This document shows positions 1 through 9,704 of a DNA stretch of 63,412 nucleotides, piece by piece (the first letter of the stretch is position 1; every line of letters begins with the position of its first letter). The stretch is taken from NCBI GenBank assembly GCA_039588275.1, contig JBDHAC010000014.1, positions 1 through 63,412 on the forward strand, written 5' to 3'. This stretch comes from Gemmatimonadota bacterium. Lineage in GTDB: Bacteria > Gemmatimonadota > Gemmatimonadetes > Palauibacterales > Palauibacteraceae. The notes beneath the pieces are model-generated. The model was not told where the DNA came from. It saw only the letters and a list, made by a program, of their open reading frames with translations, and ran no database searches. The position numbers and the translations under genes are program-made.

Positions 1-491
1 CCGGGACATCGGTGACGTTCACCGGGACGGGTGCGGATCTCGAGGACGGCGCCTTGTCGGACACCTCGCTGGTGTGGACGTCGGACCTGGACGGCGAGCT
101 CGGCACCGGCGAGTCGGTGACGACGAGCGGGCTGTCGATCGGCGTGCACACGATCACGCTCACCGTCACCGACTCCAACGGGGGCATCGACGTGCACCCG
201 ATCACCGTTCCCATCACGAACAACCTGCCGGCGGCGACGATCACCGCACCGGCGGGTGGATCGAGCTTTACCGCCGGGACGTCGGTGACGTTCACCGGGA
301 CGGGGGCGGACCTCGAGGACGGTCCGCTGGCGGGTGCCTCGTTGGTGTGGATGTCGGACCTGGATGGCGAGCTCGGCACCGGCGAGTCGGTGACGACGAC
401 CGAGCTGTCGATCGGCGTACACACGATCACGCTCACGGTCACGGACTCGGAAGGGGGCACGAGCGCGCACCCGATCTCGGTCCCGATAACG
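1..491 (+). repeat. Intragenic direct repeat, 273-bp (91 aa) period
   Basis: ccgggacatcggtgacgttcaccgggacggg at 1 recurs as ccgggacgtcggtgacgttcaccgggacggg at 274, with high identity over about 218 bp. Confidence 0.9.
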
Positions 492-890
492 GAAGCACAG
501 CCCCCACCGGCCACTCCCGAGGGCGTCCCCGACCCGTCCGAGGACTCCGAGGAAGTCCAGGAGCTGCGTGCGCTCGGCCCCGCGTACATCCCTGTCGACC
601 AGGGACCCGAGACCATCTGGAACACCGATACGCAGGCGTTGCTCACGAGGACCCTGCTTCCCGTGCTGCGCGAGCAGGGGCTCCCCGCCCGTACGAGCGC
701 CCTCTACTGGGTCCTCATCCGTGAGGACGGCACCGCCGCCGAGGTGATCGTGCAGACCTCGTCGGGGAACGAGGCGTTCGACGAGGCGGGCATGAGGTTC
801 ATCCGGCAGCTCGACTTCCTTCCTGCGTTCCGGAGCAACCGCCCCGTCCCGAGCTGGGTCATTCGCGAGATCTCGCTGCTGATGCAGTAG
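3..890 (+). CDS. 3' part of a protein with tandem Ig/PKD-like repeats, a Pro-rich linker and a C-terminal TonB_C domain (5' end outside window)
   Basis: Frame is open to the window edge. Two copies of TFTGTGADLEDG..LVWxSDLDGELGTGES..IGVHTITLTVTDS. C-terminus LIREDGT..EVIVQTSSGNEAFDEAG..F.PAFRSNRPVPSWV is TonB C-terminal-like. Confidence 0.75.
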   Translation, partial: GTSVTFTGTGADLEDGALSDTSLVWTSDLDGELGTGESVTTSGLSIGVHTITLTVTDSNGGIDVHPITVPITNNLPAATITAPAGGSSFTAGTSVTFTGTGADLEDGPLAGASLVWMSDLDGELGTGESVTTTELSIGVHTITLTVTDSEGGTSAHPISVPITEAQPPPATPEGVPDPSEDSEEVQELRALGPAYIPVDQGPETIWNTDTQALLTRTLLPVLREQGLPARTSALYWVLIREDGTAAEVIVQTSSGNEAFDEAGMRFIRQLDFLPAFRSNRPVPSWVIREISLLMQ

Positions 891-1062
891 CGAGCGGCAG
901 ACTCCATGTAGCAGTGAGCAGCATCCTCCTGCCTCGCCGTTCCGTCGCGCGGTGCGCCACCCGAGGGACCGGAGGCTGGCGTCCCCTTCCGAATCGAGCC
1001 CATCTTTGAGAACACGGAAGCAATCGTCAGAAGTCCTACCTGAGATCTCGGCGAGTTATTCG

Positions 1063-2796
1063 ATGAACGCTTGTTCGAACGACCGTGCCCGCGGGATCCT
1101 CACCGCGGTGGCCGCGGTGCTCCTTGCCGCCTGCTCACCCGAGGAATCCGAGACGACCACGGCGGAGTACGGGTCCGCCGGCGCCGCCCGCCTCGCGGAC
1201 GGCGTGGACGCTATAGAGATCGAGCGGCGTGTGGCTCAGTTCGCGCCGGTCCGCGTGACGTTCGACGAGTCTCTGCTCGATGATCGGCAGCGACAGGCCA
1301 TGAAGAAGCTCGTGCAGGCATCCGACATACTCGACGATCTCTTCCGGGATCAGGTATGGGCCGGGAACCAGCCGCTCGCCGAGGCCCTTGCCGGCGCCGA
1401 GGGGGCGGGCATGGATGCGGCGCGCGAGTACTTCGACATCATGTACGGCCCCTGGGACCGGCTCGAGGAGGACCTCCCGTTCCTGAACGTCGGGGCCAAG
1501 CCCGAGGGGGCGGGCTACTACCCCGAGGACGTCACCCGCGAGGACATCGACGCCTGGCTGGAGGCGCATCCGGAGGATCAAGCGGCGTTCTCATCCTACT
1601 TCACCGTGATCCAGCGGGATGGCGAGTCGCTGATCGCGGTGCCCTACTCGGTGGCTTACGAAAGCCACCTGGAGGAGGCGGCGCGTCTGATGCGTGAGGC
1701 GGCCGAGCTGAGCGACAATGAGTCGCTGAAGCGCTTCCTGGAGACGCGTGCCGACGCGTTCCTCTCGAACGACTACTTCGAGAGCGATGTAGCGTGGATG
1801 CGCATCTCGGACAACCTGATCGACCCCACGATCGGGCCGTATGAAGTGTACGAGGACAACCTGAAGGGTCTCAAGGCGGCCTTCGAGTCGTTCCTCGCCG
1901 TCCGCGATCCGACGGAGAGCGCGAGGCTGGAGGAGCTCGTCTCCTACATGCCCGATCTGGAGGCCGCGCTGCCGATTCCGGACGAGCACAAGTACCTGGA
2001 CCGCCCGTTCACGTCGCCGATCTCGGTGGTGACCGAGGTCTACGCGGCGGGCGACACGCGGGCGGGCGTACAGACGCTGGCTTTCAACCTCCCGAACGAC
2101 CCCCGCGTGCGCGAGCAGGAGGGGTCGAAGAAGGTAATGCTGGCCAACATCATCCAGGCCAAGTTCGAGAAGATCCTCAAGCCGATCGCCGAGACCCTGA
2201 TGGACGAGGATCAAGTGACCGACGTCAACGTCGAGCCCTTCTACACGAGCGTCCTCGTGCACGAGCTCGCGCACGGGCTCGGGCCCGATTACGTGACCGA
2301 GGGCGACGGGGTCACCGTCAATCAGGCGCTGGCCGAGCGCTATTCGGCGTTCGAGGAGGCCAAGGCGGATGTCGTCGGCGTGCACAGCCTCGGCGTGCTC
2401 GCGGATCGAGGCGTGTACGACGCGGACTTCCAGCGACAGGTGTACACGAGCCACGCCGCGAGCCTGTTTCGGTGCGTGCGGTTCGGCGTCACCGAGGCGC
2501 ACGGCAAGGGCTGCCTCATGCAGTTCAACTACTTCATCGAGCGCGGGGCACTTCTACACGATCCCGAGACGGGTCGCTTCAGCGTGGATCTCGAGCGGAT
2601 CCCCGGCGCGATCTCGGACCTGGCGCGCGAATTCCTGATGCTCCAGGCCACCGGCGACTACGACGGAGCCGGCGAGTTCATGGAGCGCTACGGCCAGGTG
2701 CCAGAGATCCTGTCGGCCGCCATCGACAAGCTCGAGACCGTGCCGGTCGATATCCGACCCACGTACACCGTCAAAGAGATGATGGAGGCCTGGTAG
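1063..2796 (+). CDS. Peptidase M49 (dipeptidyl peptidase III-like) lipoprotein
   Basis: IGPYEVYED, AGVQTLAFNLPND, HELAH zinc motif and EEAKAD. Lipobox LLAAC after ATG 1063. Confidence 0.85.
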   Translation: MNACSNDRARGILTAVAAVLLAACSPEESETTTAEYGSAGAARLADGVDAIEIERRVAQFAPVRVTFDESLLDDRQRQAMKKLVQASDILDDLFRDQVWAGNQPLAEALAGAEGAGMDAAREYFDIMYGPWDRLEEDLPFLNVGAKPEGAGYYPEDVTREDIDAWLEAHPEDQAAFSSYFTVIQRDGESLIAVPYSVAYESHLEEAARLMREAAELSDNESLKRFLETRADAFLSNDYFESDVAWMRISDNLIDPTIGPYEVYEDNLKGLKAAFESFLAVRDPTESARLEELVSYMPDLEAALPIPDEHKYLDRPFTSPISVVTEVYAAGDTRAGVQTLAFNLPNDPRVREQEGSKKVMLANIIQAKFEKILKPIAETLMDEDQVTDVNVEPFYTSVLVHELAHGLGPDYVTEGDGVTVNQALAERYSAFEEAKADVVGVHSLGVLADRGVYDADFQRQVYTSHAASLFRCVRFGVTEAHGKGCLMQFNYFIERGALLHDPETGRFSVDLERIPGAISDLAREFLMLQATGDYDGAGEFMERYGQVPEILSAAIDKLETVPVDIRPTYTVKEMMEAW

Positions 2797-3153
2797 AAGC
2801 ATAGCCGCCGTCGCGACGCGCGATGCCGGGCCGGTGTCGGCCAGCCCGGCGTCGCCCGCGCCGCACGAAGGGCGGCGGGACTTTTCACCTCAAAAGTTTC
2901 AGCTGAAACTTCTCGCCCCCTCCACACGGGGTCCGTTCAGACCAGCACCGCCCGGGTCGGACCCGGTCCTCGGCAAACCCGTCACGGCGAGCGCCGCGTC
3001 TCCCATCGCGTCCCTCTCTCGCAATCTCTCTCTCGAATCGAATACGAGCTCTCGTGTAAGGTGCGGGACGTTATCAACGGGCTCTGAACTCGCTCTGGGG
3101 TGTCGGCTCCGCTCGGGGTCGCACGAGGTCACCCAGGTCCAAGCGATGTCACC

Positions 3154-4083
3154 CTAGTCCAGTCGGCCCGTGAGCCAGTGGAGGACGTTCAGGGCCAGCC
3201 GGTAATTCTGGCCGGCGGCCGGCACGTTCATGCCCATCGGAGCCCGCTCGGGACCCATCACCTGTGCAGAGAACATCGCCGCTTCGCCGAAGGCCACCAC
3301 TCGCCCCTCCCCGTGTTCGAGGGCCACGCCCTGGAGCAGGTTGGCGGCGGGGATGCGCGGGGTCGCCTCGCTGAACTCCCACGCGACCTCGGGCAGGAGC
3401 AGGATCCAGTTCTCCGGCAGGATTATCAGGGGCTCGGCGGCCACGTCGCGGTCGGCTCGGAACGCTTGCCCCGTGAACGCACTCACCGAGTCGACGCGTT
3501 CCTCGGGCGTTCGCCCATTCACGATCGTGTGCGAGCGCAGCGAGCCATCCGAACGTCGGAACGTCCCCCACCCCGTACCGGCGATCGTGTCGATCGCGAA
3601 ACCGTTCTGGAACCGGAGGCCGAACGCGGCGGCCAGGGCCTCTGCCGCGCCCGGAATCGGCATGTGGTCGGCGATCAGGAGCAGAGATCCGCCTCGCCGG
3701 ACCCACTCCTCCACCGCGTCGATCTCTGCCCCCGTGAAGGCGGACGGGGTCGGAAGCCTCCACTCGTCGGGGTCCGCGTCCTTCTCGGCCAGCGCGTTAG
3801 CGATCACGAGCACATCCGCGCGAGCCAGCACCGCCGAGGTGAACGGCTGCGTGTTGGCCTCCACCACGTAGCCGTCGCGCCGCAGGAGACGCGCGAACGC
3901 GAGGTACCGGCCGTCCGCCGTGTGGAAGTTGTGGTGGGCCTCGTCGATCAGGACCAGCGGCCCCTCCCCCGCCGGAAACTCCGGATCGAGGATCGGAGGC
4001 GTATACGCCGTATCGGCCACCTGCTGCGCGTGGAGGGCCGGGCTGGCACCGACGAAGAGCAGCACGGTCAAGAGGGACTTCAT
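3154..4083 (-). CDS. Exported DUF4350/class I glutamine amidotransferase-like domain protein
   Basis: Signal peptide MKSLLTVLLFVGASPALHA-Q. IDEAHHNFHT, GGSLLLIADHMP, GEGRVVAFGEAAMFSAQ. Confidence 0.7.
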   Translation of the reverse strand: MKSLLTVLLFVGASPALHAQQVADTAYTPPILDPEFPAGEGPLVLIDEAHHNFHTADGRYLAFARLLRRDGYVVEANTQPFTSAVLARADVLVIANALAEKDADPDEWRLPTPSAFTGAEIDAVEEWVRRGGSLLLIADHMPIPGAAEALAAAFGLRFQNGFAIDTIAGTGWGTFRRSDGSLRSHTIVNGRTPEERVDSVSAFTGQAFRADRDVAAEPLIILPENWILLLPEVAWEFSEATPRIPAANLLQGVALEHGEGRVVAFGEAAMFSAQVMGPERAPMGMNVPAAGQNYRLALNVLHWLTGRLD

Positions 4084-4246
4084 ATGGATCCTCCCACGCC
4101 AACGAGAAACGCTCACTAGGGAGGGATCAACCTATTGCCGTCGGCTCAGCCGGCCGACTCCCTATTGTGGAAGGCGCAGTCCCGGCTGCAGTCTAGAATC
4201 TCGTCGTCATCCACGTCCCAAGGATCAGTTCCCGGAGCACGATACG

Positions 4247-7200
4247 ATGCACGACTCTCGACCCATTTCCAGCCTGAACCCAACTCGTTCCCATATTCGA
4301 TCTCGGCGCGCACGGCTGGCCGGCGGCGCCCTCGCGCTCAGCCTGCTGACAGTCGCCGCCGTCGGTCCGGGGGCCGTCACGGCCCAGCAGCCTGCCGAGC
4401 TACCCGACGATTTCTTCGACGAGCTCGAGTACCGCCACATCGGGCCGCTCGGAAACCGGGTGATCTCGGTGATCGGCGAGCCCGGAGATCCCAACGTCTA
4501 CTACATCGGCACCGCATCGGGCGGGATCTTCAAGTCGACGGACGGCGGGGTCGTCTGGACGCCGGTGTTCGACGACCAGCCCGTCTCCTCGATCGGCTCG
4601 CTCGCGCTCGCCCCCTCCGATCCCAACGTGTTGTGGGCGGGGACCGGCGAGACGTTCATCCGCGCGAACATCTCACTCGGGAACGGGATCTACCGCTCGA
4701 CCGACCGCGGCGAGACGTGGGAGCACCGGGGCCTCGACGCCACCGGCCGCATCGGCCGGGTTCGCATCCACCCGTCGAACCCGGATCTCGCCTACGCGTG
4801 CGCCCTGGGCCACACCTACGGGGCTCAACCCGAGCGCGGCGTGTATCGCACGAGCGACGGGGGCGAGACGTGGGAGCAGGTCCTGTTCGTGGACGAGAAT
4901 ACCGGCTGCTCGGATCTCGTCATGGATCCCAACAACCCGCGCATCCTGTTCGCGGGGATGTGGGAGATCTACGTGGACACCTTCAGCCGGAAGAGCGGCG
5001 GGCCGGGCTCCGGTCTGTGGATGTCGCGCGATGGGGGCGACACGTGGACCGAGCTCGAGGAGAACGGGCTTCCGGACAAGCCGTGGGGGAAGATCGGGCT
5101 CGACATCTCCGCGGCGAACTCCGATCGGGTGTTCGCGCTCATCGAGACCAGCTCCAACCACGAGTTCGCGCCCTCGGACCCCTTCCAGGGCGTGTTGTGG
5201 CGCTCGGACGACGGCGGCGACTCGTGGGACATGGTGAATCCGAGCAACGACCTCACCGCCCGGCCGCTCTACTACACGCGGCTCCTCGCCTCCCCCGCGG
5301 ACGCGGACGAGGTGTACTTCATGGCGCTACGTCAGCAGGTCTCGCTGGATGGCGGGCGGACGCATTCGCGCATGGAGCGTCAGCCGGGTGGCGATCACCA
5401 CGACATGTGGATCGATCCGCTCGACCCCGACCGCATGATCGTGGGGCACGATCAGGGGATCTCGATCTCCACGAACCGCGGGAAGTCGTGGTATCGGCCG
5501 CAACTCCCGATCGCCCAGATGTACCACGCCAACGTCGACAAACGGATTCCGTACTACGTGTACGGGAATCGCCAGGACGGACCGTCCAGCCACGGGCCCT
5601 CGAACTCGCTCACGGGCGGCTCGATCCCGATCGGGGCCTGGCGATCGGTGGGAGGCTGCGAGACCGGCTTCGCGGTGCCGGACACGGTGGACGCGCGCAC
5701 GGTGTGGACCGGTTGTTACGACGGGATCCTGGACCGTCACGATCTGGTGACCGGTCACACCCGCAACGTCTCGGTGTGGCCGCTGGCGGTGGAGAGCTGG
5801 CCGGGCGAGGAGCTCGAGTTCCGCTGGCAGTGGACGTTCGCGATCGAGATCTCCCCACACGACCACAACCGGGTGTACGTGGGCAGCCAGTACGTCCACA
5901 GGACGACCAACGGCGGCCAGAGCTGGGAGGTGATCAGCCCCGACCTGACCACGAACGATCCCGAGCTCCAGCGGCGCACGGGGGGTCTGACGCTTGACGA
6001 CGCCGGACCCACCATGGCGCCTACCGTGTTCGCGATCGCCGAGTCCCCCGTGGAAGAGGGTGTGATCTGGGTGGGCACCAACGACGGGCTCGTGCAGCTC
6101 ACGCGCGACGGCGGCGGGACGTGGACGAACGTGACGGCCAACATCTCCGGCCTCCCGCCGTTGGGCACCATCTCGAACATCGCCCCTTCGCGGCATCTCG
6201 CCGGGACCGCGTACTTCGCCGCCGACCTCCACCAGGTGAACGACCGGGATCCATACATCTACAAGACGACTGACTATGGTCAGACCTGGCGCCGGATCGA
6301 CGGCGGAATCCCTCGAGGCCCCCTCAGTTACACGCACGTCGTGCAGGAGGACCCCGTACAGGCGGGGCTCCTGTACGCCGGGACCGAGAACGGCGTGTGG
6401 GTATCGTTCGATGACGGGGGGAGCTGGCTTTCGCTCCAATCCAACCTGCCGCACGCCCCCGTCCACTGGCTCGTCGTTCAGGACCACCTCAACGACCTCG
6501 TGGTGGCCACGTACGGCCGCGGGTTCTGGATCCTGGACGACATCACGCCGCTCCAGCAGCTGGCGCTCCGCTGGCAGGCGGGCGAGGTGAGCGTGAGCAC
6601 CGCGAGCGGCGGAGCCTCCAGCGGCGTGACCCCGAATAACGGTGCGTTCGGCGGTGGGGCAGCCAACGACGGCGCCTTGCTGTTCGTCCCACGTCCCGCA
6701 TACCGCTTCCGCTCGAAGGAATCGCCCATGAGCCAGCCGGGCGATCCGGCGGCGGGCGAGAACCCGGAATACGGGGCGACGCTGCACTACTACCTCCCGC
6801 AGGATTTGGAGGAGGGGGCCGACCTCGGACTCGCGATCCTGGACGCGGACGGCGAGGAGGTGGTGGAGCTTGAAGACCTCAAGAGGGAGGCGGGGCTGCA
6901 CCGCGTGCACTGGAATCTGCGCGGCGAGCGCACGACCGAGGCGAAGCTCCGCACCCAGGTCGAAGAGAACCCGCACGTGCCCATCCCCGACCGCGGCTGG
7001 CGGTCCGCGCCGGACAGCCCGCGGATCTCGATCCTGATGCCCCCGGGGCGTTATACGGCGAGGCTCACGGCCGGCGAGACTGAGCTCACCCGTGAGCTGC
7101 GGGTGCTCAAGGACCCGAACTCGACCGGATCCGAGGCCGACATCCGGGCACAGATGCCGGTGCTCGAGGACCTCTACGACGCGCACGACCGTGGCGCGAA

Positions 7201-7624
7201 ACTCATCAACGAGATCGAGTGGGTCCGCGTCCAGCTGGGCGGTCTACGGGACCGGCTCGATGATGCCGACTGGGAGGACCGGGAGTCGATCCTGGAGCCG
7301 GCAGACGCGATCGAGCACCAGCTCAAAGAGATCGAGAACGAGTTCTTCGATCTGCGTCACACCGGGACCGGCCAGGACGCGCTGCGCTGGAAGCGGCTCC
7401 TGAACGCTCGCATCGGCTACCTGGCGCGCTCGATCAACGGTTCGGACGATCCGCCGACCGACCAGCAGGTCGCGCTCACGCAGGTGCTGGTGCAGCAGGT
7501 GAACGAGCTCGAGAGCCGCTTCCGAGCGATCGTCGCGGACGAGTTGGCCGCCTTCAACTCGCTACTGCGCGAGAGGGGCGTGCCGAACGTGCTCGTGGGT
7601 GGTGGATCACAGGGGGTCAGCTAG
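4247..7624 (+). CDS. Secreted VPS10/sortilin-like BNR (Asp-box) beta-propeller protein, putative glycosyl hydrolase
   Basis: Arg-rich signal peptide. YRHIGP..NRV start, many SxDGGxTW Asp-boxes, DHHDMWIDP, VATYGRGFWILDDITPL, C-terminal helical tail. Confidence 0.85.
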   Translation: MHDSRPISSLNPTRSHIRSRRARLAGGALALSLLTVAAVGPGAVTAQQPAELPDDFFDELEYRHIGPLGNRVISVIGEPGDPNVYYIGTASGGIFKSTDGGVVWTPVFDDQPVSSIGSLALAPSDPNVLWAGTGETFIRANISLGNGIYRSTDRGETWEHRGLDATGRIGRVRIHPSNPDLAYACALGHTYGAQPERGVYRTSDGGETWEQVLFVDENTGCSDLVMDPNNPRILFAGMWEIYVDTFSRKSGGPGSGLWMSRDGGDTWTELEENGLPDKPWGKIGLDISAANSDRVFALIETSSNHEFAPSDPFQGVLWRSDDGGDSWDMVNPSNDLTARPLYYTRLLASPADADEVYFMALRQQVSLDGGRTHSRMERQPGGDHHDMWIDPLDPDRMIVGHDQGISISTNRGKSWYRPQLPIAQMYHANVDKRIPYYVYGNRQDGPSSHGPSNSLTGGSIPIGAWRSVGGCETGFAVPDTVDARTVWTGCYDGILDRHDLVTGHTRNVSVWPLAVESWPGEELEFRWQWTFAIEISPHDHNRVYVGSQYVHRTTNGGQSWEVISPDLTTNDPELQRRTGGLTLDDAGPTMAPTVFAIAESPVEEGVIWVGTNDGLVQLTRDGGGTWTNVTANISGLPPLGTISNIAPSRHLAGTAYFAADLHQVNDRDPYIYKTTDYGQTWRRIDGGIPRGPLSYTHVVQEDPVQAGLLYAGTENGVWVSFDDGGSWLSLQSNLPHAPVHWLVVQDHLNDLVVATYGRGFWILDDITPLQQLALRWQAGEVSVSTASGGASSGVTPNNGAFGGGAANDGALLFVPRPAYRFRSKESPMSQPGDPAAGENPEYGATLHYYLPQDLEEGADLGLAILDADGEEVVELEDLKREAGLHRVHWNLRGERTTEAKLRTQVEENPHVPIPDRGWRSAPDSPRISILMPPGRYTARLTAGETELTRELRVLKDPNSTGSEADIRAQMPVLEDLYDAHDRGAKLINEIEWVRVQLGGLRDRLDDADWEDRESILEPADAIEHQLKEIENEFFDLRHTGTGQDALRWKRLLNARIGYLARSINGSDDPPTDQQVALTQVLVQQVNELESRFRAIVADELAAFNSLLRERGVPNVLVGGGSQGVS

Positions 7625-7658
7625 CGTGGTGGGTCAATCCCACCCGGGTTGAACGTCA

Positions 7659-7692
7659 CAGGGGCGGCGCCGGTGGAGCCGCCCCTGCTTTT
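7659..7692. terminator. GC hairpin between convergent genes; likely terminator
   Basis: caggggcggc-gccggtgga-gccgcccctg followed by ctttt on the + strand. Confidence 0.65.
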
Positions 7693-7714
7693 GGCGCTTC
7701 GAATGTTCGCTCGA

Positions 7715-9478
7715 CTACTTGCTGTGGATTACTATCGAGCCGCCACCGATTGGCTGGTCCATGCCGTTGTCGTAGACGATCCCGCCTCCGACCTCCGTGA
7801 TCTTGATCCTGAATGTGTCCGGATCGGCGTCACCGGCCCACAGCATGAACTTGTAGACGCCGGCACCATTGATCGTGCCCTCGCCCTTGAACCTGGCGTA
7901 GTTGCTGCCGGTGATCACCAGCCAGTCGTAGCTGGAGCTGTGGAAGTTCAGGTCCCCAGCCTTGAACTGGAACTCCGTGTTCCCGGTCGGGACGGTCGCA
8001 CCCTTCTTGTACTTCGACACGAAGCCGAAGTTGGCCTTGCCGGTTAGTGTCGGATCGGGCACGTAGGCTCCGGCGGGTGAATCGATCCAACCACCCCCGG
8101 TCACGAACCCGCCGCTCGGATCGTAGATGATGATCATCGTCTCCGCCGTGAGGCTTCCCGAGTCGCCGTCTTTATCCGTGACGGTGACGGTGACCGTATA
8201 GACGCCAGCCTCCGCATACGTTTGGTCCGGGCCTGTGCAGATCGTGCCAGCCACCGTGCCGCCCTGCGCACCGGACCCATCCCCGTAGTCCACGGTGCAG
8301 CCGTAGGCCTCGTCCGCCGTTCCCGCCGGGTCTATGAAGGCACCGCTGGCCGATATCGGCTGGTCGCCGAAAGCCACCGGCGCTCCCGGAACCGTGACCG
8401 CGGTCACGATCGGTGCGACGTTGTCGACCGTCAGGGTGAAGGAGGTCTGCGCGGTTCCACCGTTTCCGTCGTCGGCGTCGATCGTGACCGCCTGGCTCTC
8501 CGAGGGACCGTCGCTCGTCCCGAAGCTCCACGACCACGTCCCGTCACTGTTGTTGGTCACGGCGCCTACGGAGGCTGACAAAGCGACGGCGTCGCCGTCG
8601 GGATCGCTCACGGTGCCCGTGTTTTGAGCGGTCTGGCCCTCGTCGACGACGACCGGATCGGTGTCGCTCGCGACGGCTGGCGGGCTGTTGGGCGACGGCT
8701 GGGACTTTCCGTCGCTGCCGGCGTCGTGGATGTCCTGGATTTCCTGCCCTGATAACGCCCGGGCGTAAAAGGTCGCCTCATCGATCAGGCCGTCGAGGTG
8801 AGAGAAGGACTCCGTCGCGTACAGTCCAAGGCGCAGATCGCTCGAGTTCGTGTCTTTGTAGACCGGGAGCGACTTGGTCTGTTGGAGTGCGCCGTCCAGG
8901 TAGAGCGAGAAGCTCGTAGCGTCGACCACGGCGGCCACGTGATACCAGATGCCCGAAGTCACCGTTGTCAGGCTGAACACCGTGTGCGTGCTGGCGCCGC
9001 ACCCGTTGCCGGTCACGCCCCCGAGGCAGAACCAGATCCTCTGGTCCCGCTGCTTCAGGAGACGCCAGCCGTCCTGGTTGGTCGGGCTATGCATCTTGTC
9101 CAGGATCGACATGTCATCGTTGGTGGTGTTGAACTTGACCCACGCTTCCATCGAGAACGCTCCGCCCGTCGATAGATGTAGACTCGGATCGTTTCCCAGG
9201 TTGACGTGATCGGAGCTGACCCTGTTGAGTAAGAACGCCTGCCCGACTTTACCGGTCCCGTACGTCGCCCCGTTGACAAGCGTTCCGTCGTTGGTGCCCA
9301 CGATGTCATCGGTGTTACCGTCGCCGGGAAGCCAGCTCACGATGTTTGCGGGCGCCGGGACGGCGGCGAAGGCGATCGATGGTGGTTGTTCTCGAGCATC
9401 AGGCACCGACATGGGAGCGTGGTCGCAAGCTCCCAGGACGAAGAGAGCGGCAATCAGTAGTTTGCGCGTCCTGGACAT
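7715..9478 (-). CDS. Lipoprotein with LamG-like jellyroll, Ig/PKD-like domains and a C-terminal beta-sandwich
   Basis: RBS CAGGAG, lipobox VLGAC. LamG motifs WYHVAAV and LDGLIDEATFYARALSGQEI. PKD motif VDYGDGS..TYAEAGVYTVTVTVTDKDG. C-terminal DPSGGFVTGGGWI..IGGGSIVIH. Confidence 0.8.
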   Translation of the reverse strand: MSRTRKLLIAALFVLGACDHAPMSVPDAREQPPSIAFAAVPAPANIVSWLPGDGNTDDIVGTNDGTLVNGATYGTGKVGQAFLLNRVSSDHVNLGNDPSLHLSTGGAFSMEAWVKFNTTNDDMSILDKMHSPTNQDGWRLLKQRDQRIWFCLGGVTGNGCGASTHTVFSLTTVTSGIWYHVAAVVDATSFSLYLDGALQQTKSLPVYKDTNSSDLRLGLYATESFSHLDGLIDEATFYARALSGQEIQDIHDAGSDGKSQPSPNSPPAVASDTDPVVVDEGQTAQNTGTVSDPDGDAVALSASVGAVTNNSDGTWSWSFGTSDGPSESQAVTIDADDGNGGTAQTSFTLTVDNVAPIVTAVTVPGAPVAFGDQPISASGAFIDPAGTADEAYGCTVDYGDGSGAQGGTVAGTICTGPDQTYAEAGVYTVTVTVTDKDGDSGSLTAETMIIIYDPSGGFVTGGGWIDSPAGAYVPDPTLTGKANFGFVSKYKKGATVPTGNTEFQFKAGDLNFHSSSYDWLVITGSNYARFKGEGTINGAGVYKFMLWAGDADPDTFRIKITEVGGGIVYDNGMDQPIGGGSIVIHSK

Positions 9479-9704
9479 GAGATTCTTCTCCTGTTGTCTG
9501 GGTGCATCCCCCCCGCACTGTCCAACTTCATTCCTGCTCGGGCCCGCGCCCCCCAACGGAAGGACAGGGCGCAGGGGTGCGGCCAGGGCGGGAGGGACAT
9601 CCGGTTTGACTCGGGGTGGTCGCCTCCCTTGGCCCTCCTCAGCTACAGTGAGAGGGCAAAACGAGGGAGGCGCACCACCCTTGGGGGTTGATAGCCGGCC
9701 GGAG

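Noticed and set aside
2260..2274. HELAH pentapeptide in an M49 peptidase as a novelty
   Set aside because: HEXXH variants are already known in bacterial and plant DPP III homologs.
2971..3000. c-di-GMP-I riboswitch (ggcaaacccgtc)
   Set aside because: Lacks the GNRA loop and the downstream GACGCAAAGC, and has no gene start downstream on that strand.
4135..7186. Long alternative-frame and antisense ORFs (e.g. 4135-5997, 5327-7186, 14825-16441, 26419-27843, 38341-39900)
   Set aside because: Arg/Pro/Ala-rich shadow ORFs expected at high GC, overlapping genes with clear motifs.
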